From Camelus ferus (taxonomy: Eukaryota): 64,000 bases of DNA. The translations under genes were made by a program, and so were the position numbers. Below are positions 26,523-40,480 of this stretch, piece by piece. Where the stretch lies: NCBI RefSeq assembly GCF_009834535.1, contig NC_045697.1, forward strand, positions 92,878,001-92,942,000, written 5' to 3'. The notes under the pieces are model-generated. The model did not search any database. It was not told the DNA's origin and worked only from the letters and a program-made list of their open reading frames with translations. Numbering within the stretch: the stretch's first letter is position 1; every line of letters starts with the position of its first letter.

Positions 26523-27899
26523 AATGGATAAGACATGCTGTTTAACCTCCAGTTTGGAGACACAGGTAATCATTAATTCCATGGGGGAAAAAGGGTGCAC
26601 TTGTTAGCTATCACTAAGCAAATGTATATTCATGATTAAAAATGAAAATGCCAAAGATTCTGTTCCAATTTAGGTGACTCTTAGATTAATATCATGATTT
26701 TATTTGTATTTTAATGTTTGGGAGATTATATATAGCATGAAGACTAAGTATTTCACTTTGTAAATTGAAGAGTTAGAGCTTATGTAAGTCTCATTAGCAC
26801 CATGATCTAATAATTGGTTTACATATCCTATAATAATATGTATGTATGGATAGCAGTCATTAGAAGCAGAAAAAAAGCACGTCACTGGAATACCTTGGAA
26901 GAAAATACGTATTTTAGGATTAAAGTTAATAAAATCCAAAATAAATTAGAAATGAAAATATCTCTTCCTTGTGAGTTTTGAGAATCTGAAACATGCATAT
27001 GAATCAGATAAAGAAAATTAAAACCATTCTAAATATTTCAAACACTGGACATTTACTATAGGAAATTGGCTTCAAAAAACACAGAAGGGCTAGAAATGCT
27101 AGAAGTTCAAAAACAAAATGAATCCACATCAAGAGCATAGAGAAAAAAAGGTGAAGCCAGAGTACACACAATATTTTTATGGGGTTTTATGTAAAATTAC
27201 AGCCCCAACTCCTATGTCTAGAATCCAAGAAACTTTTGCTTTCCTTTTTGCTTGATGTATTCTTGGTATCTGGGATGTTAGATTTACAATATAAATTTTG
27301 TGTTCTATTGAAGAACATGATAGAATTTGGGATTTCTTTTGGTCTTTAGATACCTGATTCGGGGTCCTTTTGTGAATTCATTTTGAATCTGCACTGCAAT
27401 GGGTCACAAACAATCACTGGTCTATTTAGTTGTCTTTTGTACTAATAATATTGAAAGGGAAATCAATTTTGAGAACTTTAATAGGAATGACAGGCAGACA
27501 CGATAGTGAAGATGTAGAGTATACTTAGAGACATCAACTCTGCTAATGAAAACTGTTTGCCTGTCTCAATACACTCTTACAATTAACATCTATCTACCTG
27601 AATTACATCTACTTGGATCTAAAGAGATACAAAGATATCTGCTTTACTGCACTGTTCTAGAATCTGCTTATTTACATAAGCTTTTAGTATCTTTTTACAG
27701 ATATTCTTCATCAACTACCGTGTCTCAACAGGTACACAAAAAGTTGTAGGTCTAAGTTCTTACTCTTTATAGAACTTAAACCCAGTGTAGATTTAACAGG
27801 CTAAGTTGGAAGAGGCTAACATCAAATGATGAAAGTCCCTGCTCTCACTCCAGGCTCTGTGGGCTTTACAAATTACTCGATCTCTCTTTCTCTTACCAA

Positions 27900-28130
27900 A
27901 TATTGAACACTTATATCAAGCACTATGATAAGCTTTTCCTATGACTAATCTCACTCAATTCCCACAACAATATTAAACCTTGATTATTAATATTCTAATT
28001 TTATAGAAGGAAAAATTGACATTCCAATAAATAATATACCCAAGGTCAGTTTTGAAATTTGGGGGCTAGAGTTTGTAAATAATATTTACTGATTCCAAAG
28101 TCTTTGTGCATTTGGCAATAGACTGCCTCC
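27900..28130 (-). mobile_element. MIR SINE
   Basis: tattgaacacttatatcaagcact...cccacaacaa...ttttatagaaggaaaaattga...cccaaggtca...gattccaaag. Confidence 0.75.
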
Positions 28131-30209
28131 CTCGTTAAGCCATGTTGGTTAATTTAATTTTTCAGAAAAAGGACAAATAAGAGCAGTGACTTTTAGGACC
28201 ATAAGAGATAGTGCAATAACATACGTAAAGTAATGGCTACGTTCTGAAACCCCATAAACCAGTCAGTAAATTTGCATTCCTTTTCATCTTTCCATTCTCC
28301 TAGAGTAAATGAAAACAAACAAGCAAACATTTCAGAATCACAATGGTGTTAATGACAGATAATATGGAAGTATGTCAGAAAGGATACAATTTTAAATTAA
28401 TTTATTAAAGTTAAAAATTTGAACATGTACCCTTCTAGACATATCAGAGCATAAATGAATAGTTCACTAGATAAATCAGTAGTAAGATGCCCATTATAGA
28501 ATCAATGGGTAATTCAATTCTCATCTTTTAAAAGTTTCCCCTCAAACTTGAAACACATATTAATAATAAATCAGTATGGACAAAGTACAATCCATTGGAG
28601 AGTTATAATTTAGTGATATAAGCAAAATATTTAAAGAATTTATTTACAAGTACATATTGAATGCCAACTATATGCCAGGAACCATGTTAAATTTTAAACC
28701 CTTAAAAAAGAAGATATCCTGAACAGATTCAGAAGTTCAGCAGGGAAACTGCTATATCATGATAGCACATATTGGTCCATCTTAACCAATATCAAAGGTT
28801 GATGACTTGGGAGAAACAGCGATCTCTCAAAATATGTCCCAATGTTGTAATCAAACTGTAAACTATGATTATGCACAGAAGGGGTTTTCTTTGATATTTC
28901 TCTCCTACTTCTAAAAGCTCCAGGAAATTGCTTACCAAGTTTAGCTTTACTAGTACAGCAGTAATGGAAGACTTCAGTAAAATCTGTTTTGACTTCAAAA
29001 TCCAGAAATTGGTATTTATGATATATATTTTAATATTTTAAAATATAATAATCACATACTACTACTACTTAATTGTTAACATCAGCTAATCCAGTGATGT
29101 GATAGAAAATTGAGACACTATTAATTCACACTTATAAATCTGTTTTTTACTGAAGTGAAAAACTCACTGAAGATTCCAAGCATATAGCATAGAATATTGG
29201 AAGACTAAAATAATCTGTCACTGTAATTTTTTGCCCAGCATTTCATGCTCTCAGTTAATAAAATTATTTGACTTAAACAACTAAAAAAGCAACTTCTATA
29301 TTGTTCATACTGTGAAACAAAAAATAGCTATCTCCTCTTTGTACTTCTTTTGACAGAATTAAATTGCATTTCTGATGTGTCAAACTGGAGAATATCTTGT
29401 TGGCTTCTGACAGGGTGCAACACAAATATATGTGACAAATTACAGATCTTTTTAATATTAAATACTAGCTATCAATTCACACATCTGTAGCAATAGTTTG
29501 GATTTTTAAAAAGTGGCAAGTGGAAAATAGCCTAAGTAATATATGTTCACATAAAGCGTGAGCAAGTTATTTTTTGTCTGTCTCGTCTTCTAAAAATCCA
29601 AAACCTCTTCTAACTTATTCTTTATTTTTTATTTAGAAGTATTTGCAATATAGCATTTCTGTAAAGTTTTATGATTCTCAATTATAGTGTAATACTGGAC
29701 TCTATATTGGTACTATCAATATAGTATAATGACAAGTTTGCAAATTTAAATTAATTCCTTTGGTGTCAATATTCTTAAAATTTAAAAGAAAAGAGGAAGT
29801 AGTTATCATTATCTGTCATAATTATTATATTATAAAACATGTGCTTACTTAAATAATATATGTGTATTCATAGTGAGGATGTAGATGTGAAGATCATTAA
29901 AGTAAGGCAGAGACAAGGTAAGGATGGAGGAGGGAGGAGGCTGGGAGGGACAGGAGGAGACAGAGAGACAGAGAGAGAGACAACTGATATGTTTGATGTT
30001 GGACCTCGACAACATGCAGAATTTGAATCATTCTGGTATACTAAATCTTCCTCTGAGAAAAAATATCCTATCCATACTTCGTAACAAGTCCCATGCCATG
30101 CACTGGGTGATACTGCCATCCTGTGCGTCACTAGTTGAGTCAGATATTGACACCTAAGCCAGAGAGCCTTCCTCATCTGCCCAGTGGTCAGTAGGGTGAT
30201 GTGTGAAAG

Positions 30210-30410
30210 ACAGTATTAAGTAGCGTGTTAAGTTCTGTCCTGTCTTCATTACTTACTAGCTATGTGATCTTGGGCAAGTTATTTAACTTCTTTTCATTTT
30301 AATTTTATCATCTCTAAAATAAAGAAAATATTATGAACTTCGAATAAGCTTTTTAAGGAAGAATTAAGCTAATATCTCTGAAAATTTAGAACGGGTAATA
30401 ATATATAATA
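30210..30410 (+). mobile_element. MIR SINE
   Basis: acttactagctatgtgatcttgggcaagttatttaacttc core. Confidence 0.85.
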
Positions 30411-32107
30411 AAGATGCCATATCGTGTAGTGACTAATGGATCAAATCAGACTCTTTCTTAATGAGTTGTAGGCACAAAGGGGTTGCGAAGGGGTGAGAAT
30501 GGTCAGTATAGCAGTATACTGAGGTAGAAATCATGATCCCTCAAAGATCTGTAGGCTTGAAAAAAAATGTGTAAATTGATGCCCTAGATCTCTGGTATCA
30601 GCATCTCTTTGAGAGGTTTTTAATACCTTTAGTTCTTACAACAGAGAAAATCTTTTAGAATGTATGGAATGTGATCGGGTGGGTACCAGTGCACTAGAGT
30701 GGGGCAATTATGAGCAGTTCTAAGAGAATAAAATGATGAAGTGCTAGTGAAACACTTATGATAGCCCAATTATCAAGAAGTTTAATTACAGAACTGGTAA
30801 TTAGTGTTTCATGCTTCCTTATGTCTCCATTTATTCTTACAAACCAAAATGCCTATCACTTAAAGGCATACGACACAGCTCTGTTCTTTGAAACCTGGAG
30901 GAGTCATATTTAATACTCTACCTAATCTATGATGGCCCTCAGATTTATACCAAAAGATGATTAGAGTTGCATGTGTGGTGAAGAAATCTACTGCAATAGA
31001 ATGCAACTGGAGAGAAAATACTACATCTTAAGTTGTCAGATATGCATGCCTGGTCCAGGGTTGTAAGTCGGGATCAGAGGGAAGGGAGGATTCACAGTAG
31101 CACAGAACGAGCATTCTCGTCACTAGTGTATGTGAGAAGTGTTTCAGTTCAGATGTAGCCATTTTCAGCGGTCTAACAAAACGGGTTTATTTTGTATTCA
31201 TGTAGTGATGCAAATCGGTGCCAGTCATTTAGTGAGTTGTCTGGTGCGTGGCTGTCCTCCAGGAAGTGATTCAAGGACTCTTCTCCCACTGACTCTGCCC
31301 TGTCCGTCATCATCTGCATCAAGTCAAGGAAAAAAAAAAAAGGAAAGGGAAGATAAGGCATTTACCTCAGTGATTCCCTGGTCTGGAAGTCACACACAGC
31401 AACTCTTTTGGCCTCTTATTGGAGGATTCAAGGCTATGGACAAATAGAATGCAAGAGAAAAAGGAGCCAGCAAGCTGTTAACAACCTGGAAAGAGGGTTA
31501 GAGATTTCCACGGTGAAAAACCTTCCGTGAAACATGTCAAATAAAATGACATTTCGAGAGCAGGGCAGCCCTTTCTTGGATGGCAAAAGGATGGGGGATT
31601 TGTCAGCCATCACAGGGCTCAGACAAATTTTAGCATTGTGAAAAAGAAAAAAAAAAATCCAATGAAGAAGTAAGAATGAGGTAAAAAGATTTTTCTTCCT
31701 CTGATAGAGTAAAATTCCAAATTAGATAAACATACCAACAAACACCAAATAAAAAACCTTATTGATTTGAAAGGAAATATATCATCATTATTTCATATTT
31801 TCAGGCATTTACTTAATAAAGGCTTAAGTAATATTTTAAGCAGTGATTTAATTTATCAAATTATACTTTTAAAATTAATTAACCAAATTATTAGATTCAT
31901 TTTTAAAATGGACCTAGACTTTACCTATCTAGTTTAGTAGCCTATGAAATGCAGAAAATATTGAATATCATTGAATATTTTGTCCTTAAAGAGCTGTGTT
32001 TAAAGGGTTCATTGGCAAGAAAGATATTTTTTTAGGTGTCTTATTCCACAATTAGGTAATTGTAACATATTTAAAGATATGCATTATATTCAAGTAATAA
32101 GATTATC

Positions 32108-32335
32108 TGTCTTAATCCCTTTGGGTTTCTGTAAAAAGACATTGCAGATTGTGTGGCTTATAAACAACAGGATTCTATTTATCAAGTTTCTGGAGGCTGG
32201 AAGTCTGAGATCAGGGCGCCAGCTCTCCTCCTGATCACTGCTGATAGACAGCTCAGACGGTCAAGGTGGAGATGGGGTTCTCTGATGCCACCAATTTCTT
32301 GCCTTATAAAAGCACAGAGTTCACATAAAGATATG
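32108..32335 (-). mobile_element. MaLR (MLT1/MST-like) LTR fragment
   Basis: gtggcttataaacaacag...tttatc...ttctggaggctggaagtctgagatcaggg. Confidence 0.85.
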
Positions 32336-32939
32336 TAAATTGAAGCACTAAAAACAGCTTCTGGCATTCAAATAACAGGGGACTGCTAATTAAACCAGAA
32401 TGTATAGTATTTTTTCCTGCAATTCTTATTTTCTTAGGCAAATTGTACTTTAGTCTAAACAATACCAATGTGCTGATCATGCTAAAGATTTCCATTTATT
32501 TTACTACTGAACATTAAATTAATATAATTTGAGCAAATGGATTACTAAGGCATTAGTAAAATGCCTTTTGTAGTATTCAATCTCTGAAATCACAATATGC
32601 TAAACCAAAATGAAGCAACAAACTGGAAAAAGCACACTATTTTATTGACATCTGCAGTAATTTTGAATAAACTGATGACACATGATTGTGGTTTTTGTTT
32701 GGTATACTGTTGATATTTTCATGTTATATTTTCTAGAAGAAACCTCTTCTTTTCTCTTAAGCAATATATAACAATATTTAAGTAAAAGATGCTTTTTAAA
32801 ACAGAAATGAAGGATTTGTAAGATATATTTTTTTCTCCTTGTATGACACTCCTGATTTTGGAAACCCTTATTCTGTATTGCTATTTTCACGGCAATATAA
32901 TTATTTACGTAAGTTCAGTAAGAATCTATTCTCCTTTAT

Positions 32940-34803
32940 ACAAGGATATAATTGGAAACATTGTTTATGTAACCAAGTCCTTGCTTTGAATGCCATACTT
33001 GAGAATAATGCTAATATACTCTGATATGAGCCAACACTTTTAAGAAACTACATTTAACTTTATGGAGTCAATGCTTACAAAGTCCCTTTGGGAAAATTGG
33101 CCTGGTATCTGACTTAGAGTTTTCAGTCTTTCAGGTGAGTGAAAAAGATCATTTTTTTGGCAAGTCCAAGAAATTTACCATATTTTAGGGTTATCAAAGA
33201 GAGAGAAATTTGCCCAGACTTATAGGCACTACTGGTGAGATCTGATGGAAAGCTTACAGCTTGGTTTCCTAGCCTCAAGATGGTTTTAAAAGTCCAGTCT
33301 GATGTTCCTTATGAAATCTTCCAGTGAAATAAACTTATGAATAGCTATAGAGTAAATTATCATTCTAACCCAAATCTAATGACACCAGTCTTATTTTATA
33401 GTAAAGAACAATCTGAGATTTTTTTTGTTCAAAAGAAGGGTAATTGTAGTGTGAAATTTTGCAAAAAATGGAAAATATAGATCTTCTATAGTGCAGCCTT
33501 CCCAGTTATCAGATTGAAACCGCATTTATAGTCTTTAAGCAGTTTCGTGCCTTTTTGTAAATTACAAGTAACTGATGGATATGGAAATTCTGTCTTAGCT
33601 GGATAAAATTCAATTGACCGATTTCCCTCCTTCCTTAGGAAAAAAACACAATTTTGTTACCTTACTACAAGACTCTGTTACCTTGCCCAAATTGTTCATC
33701 CTTACCAAATTTTCAATTCTTTGGCTACACACATCTCTCCAACCTTACTTTTCCAATTTTTCTTCCTTGTGCCTGACTCAGCATCACTGAGAACTAAAAG
33801 CTGACTTCTCAGCTCCCCATTTGGACTCTAGGTTTCCTTGCAGCTTGCCCTTTTATCCTATGGATGTAATCAAGCTCTGTGAACTGAATGAAACTCAATG
33901 AATTCTACCACAGGACTTGCCCCAAAAGCAAGCTATGGATGGGCCACTTTTTCAATGGACTGCTATGTGGGTCACTAAGAAAGTCTGATGAAATGTTTGG
34001 AACATGTAGGTCCTTATGTAAGAAATACACAAAACTTTGGACAATAGCACCAGGAGCCTGACATCCTAGCTTGAGACCTTCAAGAAACTCCAGCAGTGGT
34101 GCTGCATAATTGAAAGGTTTCCCTTTATAGAGCTCTTTAAATGCACGATGCAAGAATCTTCCGGTAACTCCAGAACTCTAATACGACTTCTTATGTTTAT
34201 ATTTCTCTTTTTTCATTTAGATGCCTGATCTCCAAGACCCTAAAAAAAAAAAAAAAACAAGCAAAACAAAACAAAAACCCCTGGGCTTTACCACCACCAT
34301 TTAACTGATGATCCAACTAGTGTTATGGGACAAACTCCAACAAGAATCCTCCAGAAACTGTCTTAAATCCTGTTTCACTTTACTCCAGAGGTTAAATTTT
34401 GCCTCTGACCTGTTCAGTGACAAATTATATTTATTCTCTTAATTAAAAAAAAAAAGAAATTGACAAGTTGAATTTGATTTGAGTCTTGTACTCCCAGAAG
34501 ACAGTGATGGTTGAGAAATCTCATCCTAATGTGATCCCAGGAACAGCTAACTGCAGAAAGGCCATCCGGCTCTCTCATATCACCTGCCTTCACCTTCCCT
34601 TAGTGACTAGATTAAGACCAGTCTCCATCCTTCCTTATGACTCTTGTAAGACTCAATGATGACTCCCTTGTTTACCTGCCTCTAGAAAACTCCAGGTTAC
34701 TCTCCTTTTCTTGAAGACACTGTTCGTAATGAACATTCTCCTTACTGCAGTAGTCTGAATAAAGTCATCTCCTTTATTGTCCCATGGATTTTTGTCTTTC
34801 ACA
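32940..34803 (+). mobile_element. ERV1 (MER4-group-like) internal remnant plus 3' LTR (~34480-34803)
   Basis: aaattggcctggtatctg...caggtgagt...ttcctagcctcaag...aaagtccagtctga, typical of MER4-group internals; LTR end cttactgcagtagtctgaataaagtc...ttttgtctttcaca. Confidence 0.75.
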
Positions 34804-35186
34804 CTTTACTGCCACCAAATTTACTATCCAGATATACAAGTTCTTTAATGATAAGCTTATCTAATTTTAAAGCATAAGTTACACAAATCCTGTTGGAAAT
34901 CTTTCTACACACTGATGTATGGGCAAGATTCCTACCATAGACAAGACGGCAGTGAAATAGGGTGGGCACACTCAACCACAGTAATTGATTATCTGTTACT
35001 ATTTTTACTTGCTAACTTGGAATAATAGCAATGCTGATTCATCTAAAACTATATTATGAATGCTGAATGACAGCTTTATATTGGTTGGTTTGTTGCAATT
35101 GAAACAAAAGTTATGGTAGAGAAGAAGAAATTGTAAAGGCTATATTGATTCAATTAGATCAAAGAAGTGAAAGTTACCTCAGTATT

Positions 35187-35232
35187 GTGTATGTGTGTGT
35201 TTGCGTATGTGTGTGTGTGTGTGTGTGTGTGT
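35187..35232. repeat. (GT)n microsatellite
   Basis: Seen directly. Confidence 0.9.
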
Positions 35233-35750
35233 TTTAAACCAACAATGGAAAGGAAGACCTAGATTGTGTTAAATTACAATGCCTTGGTTTTAGTTGTTCT
35301 GAAATCATGACTTTGAAGTATCTGTAACATCTGAATACCACCCCCTCCAACCAACTCTCAATCGCCACTCTCCAACCTTCTAACCTTCTCACACCTGACG
35401 GTGAACAAAAGCACTTAGTCTCTGATACGTGCTTCACAATATAAGTCAATATAACAATAATTCAAAGATTATTACTGACCCAGATATGATAGTCCAACCA
35501 TTAGTTATGCTCATGCTAATAATAGGTTTTTGAGGCAGGGGATGTATGTATGTCCTCAGAAGAAGGCTATTTCAGCGATACATAACAACTCCATTTTTCT
35601 GTTCAGAAATAACCTTGTCTATGGCAGCAGAAAACAAACCAGAGACTGTTTGGATCATCAATAAAAACTTGCTCAATAGCAACATAAGTTGTACTTGTAG
35701 TAGAAATATTTCCAGTTTTGGTTAAAGACATCTAGGTAGATTCTTGCAAA

Positions 35751-35754
<4 letters not shown>

Positions 35755-35806
<52 letters not shown>
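35755..35806. repeat. Perfect (GT)n microsatellite, about 26 units
   Basis: Seen directly. Confidence 0.97.
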
Positions 35807-35808
<2 letters not shown>

Positions 35809-36789
35809 TGGTTTCAGCTATTCACTTATAATGTTATAAGTATTATAAAAACTTTAAGTGCTACAAATGCTAACTTAGTCTTTAACCACTTATGGGAAAT
35901 AAACTTGATACAATTCATTGCTTTTAATTTTTAAAATCAGGATTAGGTGTGTGTGTGTCTATGTGTATGTAGTAGTATGTCATTGTGATTGAGAAAATGT
36001 CAAAAGCATGTAACTGAGTGAGATTCTGTTACTGCACAAACACCCCATCTGAAGGGCTTTCCAGACATCAGATGAGTACATGAATGGAATGTTTATTCTT
36101 GTTTAGACATTTTTTAAAAAGACCTAATACAGGCATAGAAATTACAAATTCAAAAAGTTACATGAAAACTTTACCTGTGTCAATCAGTTTGGCAATTTCC
36201 ACTTACCTATTTCTCTATCAAAAATAATAGATACCTATTTTTGATGTTTTAAAATTGAATCCCTTTGTTTTCTAAACCCATTACAAATGAAAATTTAATG
36301 TGATATAGCTATATTTTAATATAAGTATATAATTTAATGATGTCAAAGGATAATACGGATTTATTTAGTTTCAAATACATTGTATGTATAAAAAGATAAC
36401 ACTTTAAACTATAATATATTGTTTATCACAAATTTTGAAGTCACTTAGTTATCTTCAAAGACTCAGTTGAACTTGGTGTCTACTTTTCATGGCAGATGAA
36501 AGAAGACGAGACTGTTCCTATCTTCTATATACAGTAATTAGCACAGTACGTAATCCACACTCAATATGTTTTTGAGTGGATGAATGGACAGATAAGTTCA
36601 TAAATACACAAGTTCATATAAATGTTGTATAATCCTCCAAAATCCTCATCTCTCCTTCAGATTTCTCTTCAGCCAATCAGATATGTGGAAGAAATGTCTG
36701 CTACTACTACGTCTAAAAAGCTGAATGAATACATAAGTAGAGAAAGCAAAGCAGCTTTTATTGTACAGTATGCTCAAATTCTGTAGCTG

Positions 36790-36950
36790 GTTATATGATA
36801 CAATGTTTTGGTTGTTAGAAAAAGGAGTAACTGAGGACCAGTCAACATTCCGTAACTTACATAGTATCACACAGCTAGCAGGAGGCAGAGTTCAACCACA
36901 GACAAGGTCTATGCTGTCTTCATAGTCCAAGGTCTTTTCATTACAGCATT
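36790..36950 (-). mobile_element. MIR SINE fragment
   Basis: gagtaactgaggacc...gtaacttacatagtatcacacagctagcaggaggcagag. Confidence 0.7.
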
Positions 36951-38849
36951 CTAAGGTAAGAGGAGCTGGAGTGTGTGTGAATGGGATTCACAGGCAAAAA
37001 CTTACAGAATGCAAAGCCTAAAGGTTGTACTTAAACACTGCAATTACAGAATCAGTTAATGAATGTTAAATGAAAACCATCTTTCTCAATAACTCAACTG
37101 GTTCCCTATAATTTGATATATTTTGTGTTTCTAGCATAATTAGGCTCCCACTTAATGGCTAGAGCTTTAGAGAGTTAACAAGAACACATATGTATTTATA
37201 TATGGACATGTATATATACTCTCATTAAAGCATATTGCTTTGCTGTGCCTGTGTGTGAGTCTGTAAATGTGATTTTGAGTGTTTGAGAGGAGGAAAATAG
37301 TAAGACCAAGGCCAGCAAGGAAAATACAGAAGGGCTAGTGAGTGGAGAATCTAAATATTTTTAAAATGGTATTTATCCCTTCTGTTCTAATCTTTGTATA
37401 CTTCAAGTTTTCTTCATAAGAGATAATGCAGATGATAACAAATTCAGATGCACTACAATATAGATATTTTAGCCAGTGCCTTTCAGACTTACCCTTAACA
37501 AAAAGTACATTTTCCTTAACAAAAAGTACACATTACACTAAAGATATATGTAATCTTACCAAAAAAGTAAAGATTTATATTAGACATAATGATAAAGTCA
37601 ACTACACTTAAAAATTCTATCCAGTACTAACTCTTGAAACTTCTGAATGCCCATAACAGTTTAAAAATATGTTCACTATGCATCATTTTTATCCCAGCAG
37701 GAAATGGTAATACGGTACATCATACGAGTACCATAATGGATGTAAAGTGAATATTAGTTACCTGAAATGAAGGAAGGTGTCACTTCCACCACACAGGGAA
37801 ATCACGAAGGTAGTGAGATTGAATTGCATTGTGCAAGTCCTAGCGTCTGCTAAACTACTGGGTGAGAAATAGCAAGTGTATGCTTTCTTGATATGTTGAG
37901 TATTCTGGCCTGGAAGCAGAATGTGAGGGAGGACTATTTGGACATAAAGAAATTTAAACAAAAAGAGATGGATGGAACAAAAAGAGAGTTTACTTGGGGG
38001 GAAAATGTAAGCAGAAAAGGAAGAGAAAGATTGGGTACAAAAACTCAGTCACTACCTACTGAGTATTTTTTTCTAAAAGCAGACAACTCTGATATGTAAA
38101 AAAATGTAAGTCTTAAGCCCAAAATAATCCAGGAGACTGTAAATACTTATATATACCTGGAAAAGAGACACACATACAAATTTGAGGGTTAATTCCAATT
38201 ATATATGAGGGTTTTAGTGACTGATGCTGATTCAAGGGAGATTAAATGTAACAGTTAAGTATTTATATTTATCTATGTATTTACTCATTGATATTTCATG
38301 TGCACGGTAAGAACAATGATGAAAATAGACACTATAAATAGTGACACTTGAAATGACCCCATTTGGTAGAAGTGTGGTGGTGGTGCTTGTGTCTGTATGA
38401 ACCTGTATAACTGATAATGGGCTTCATATATTCTCAAGTAAGTTGTTTATTCAAAATAAAATTGAACAGCCTCTAAGACATTATTCTGAAAGTATTTACT
38501 AACTCTTTTTTGTTTTTTACAATTCATCAACTGAATTCCATATTTTTGGGTTTGCTATTTTCAAACAGTGTGCAAGACAGACGTGGAACAGAAAACAAAG
38601 TTGGGCACAGGTGTTTTAAGAGGCAACATCAAGTGCACTTGTCGGGTTCTCTTTGAAACCAGACAAAGCTTAATGCTGAATATCGATAGTAGTAGTGTGG
38701 CTTTAGATGTATTATTTCATCATCTTCTGTTTCTTATTTGTATAATCTGAATTGTGGAATATATTTCATGGGGAATGATGAGGATTAAAATTTAACCTCA
38801 ATATAATGCCTGTCACGGAGTAAAACCTCAGTGTTTAGAAATTGTTAGA

Positions 38850-40480
38850 AAATGTCTAGAAACTTCTTACAGAAGTGCACAAATTAAATTTGTAGATTTT
38901 CTTTGATAGACCAAAAATATGTAACTGCACATGGAGGGAGTGATTATGGAAATTAATCACAACTTAAGCAACAGCAATGCAAAAATTTCTTCCCTTGCAT
39001 TTTCACTTGACATAATTTTCTATGCATTTACTACTCATGCAGACACATTCAGAGACACACGTGTTGCGATGTTTTTAATGAAATACCTCTGTGCATGTTC
39101 TACAACGTCTTATTCCCATTCATCAGTGTATAGTTGAGGTCTCCCCATATCACTGCTTCTAAATATACACACATTAGATGGACTTTCATATCATGGATGT
39201 ACCAATGTTTAAATAAATTACTCACTTTTGATGGATAATAAGATTGTTTCAGAAATTTGTTTTTACAATCATTTTTTATATTCTCATTTATGTACAAATG
39301 CTATTTTTTTCTGCTTAGTTGAGTTTATAGACTTTAAAAATTGTTGGTAAAAATAAACAAAGCTATCTCCAAAAGAAGAAAAAAAAAAAACAATTTAGCC
39401 ATCAATTCACAATCCCACTGCTATTAAAAGAGTGTCTTTATCCCCCATTTTCTCTAATTCTAGATTTAACAATCTTTTAAATGCTTGCCAAATTGCAGGG
39501 ATGGAGTTTTATTTTTCCAAGTTTCACATTCCTAATTACTAGTAAAACCAATCACTTTATATGTTAACTAACAATTTGTATTTCTTGTGTATGTTTGTCA
39601 CATTTTGTTCATAATCATTTACTTATTTTCCTATTAGTAATTTTATTTTCTTAATTTTAAGAACTCCTTGGTTACACATATTGAAAATACTACATATCCA
39701 ATCTGTCACTTGATTTTTTACCTGATATATACTATCTTTTGTTTTTCTTGAGTTTTGTATTATATATACTGAAATATGTCATCTTTTCTTTAGGTATCCT
39801 GAAGTTTTCCCTTGATCTTGGGAAATTTTCCCAAGATCTCCAATATTCAACATGATTTTTAAAATAGTCTCCTGATTTTTCCATAGTTATTTTAAAGTGT
39901 TTTTAAACATTTACATTAGAAGTGCCTTTTGATACATCATAAACTGAGTATACTACAGTAAAACTTTTAAAAATAATAAAACATAATAAAGAATATGAAA
40001 ATGAATATAGAATATGAAAAGGAATATCTGTATGTATATGTATGACTGAAACATTATGCTGCATGCCAGAAGTTGACACATTGTAAACTGACTATATGAC
40101 AACTAAAAAATAAAAAATAAAGAAGTTGCCTTTAGTTCAGTTTGAGTATAATGTTAGGTAAAGACTTTGTTTTTTTTCTAAAATGGATATCAAAATAGCC
40201 TGCAAGTGTTTACTAAATTGTCTATCTTCCTCTATATTTGAAATATCAAATATCCATAAGCCGACTTCACTATTTGAATCTCTTTTTGGATTGTTTTGTT
40301 TATCGATATATCTATATCCCTGACCAACATCAGAGTGTTTTCATCGTGACTGACTTACAGTGCTTTGATATTGTGTAGGGCAAGTAACATTCTTGCTATT
40401 TTTCAAAGCAGTTTGCCAATTACATTTTTCACAGCAGAAATTTCAAGTCGACTTCTTAAATAGCATACAAGTCATAGCAT
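38850..40480 (-). mobile_element. Decayed old L1M, with a younger L1 3' end inserted
   Basis: tttgatggataataagattgtttc, agctatctccaaaag, aagagtgtctttatcccc, atgttaggtaaagac...ttcttcctc: antisense L1 ORF2/3' UTR text. Confidence 0.65.
39985..40122 (+). mobile_element. Short 3' end of lineage-recent L1
   Basis: Matches 62560-62660 of this window (gaatatgaaaa.gaatat...gtatgactgaaacat.atgc...ccagaa.ttgacaca..ttgtaaact.actata), followed by an A-rich tail. Confidence 0.9.

Noticed and set aside
38568..38750. Plus-strand exon after tttcaaacag
   Set aside because: The acceptor is plausible, but there is no good donor and the peptide is unrecognisable
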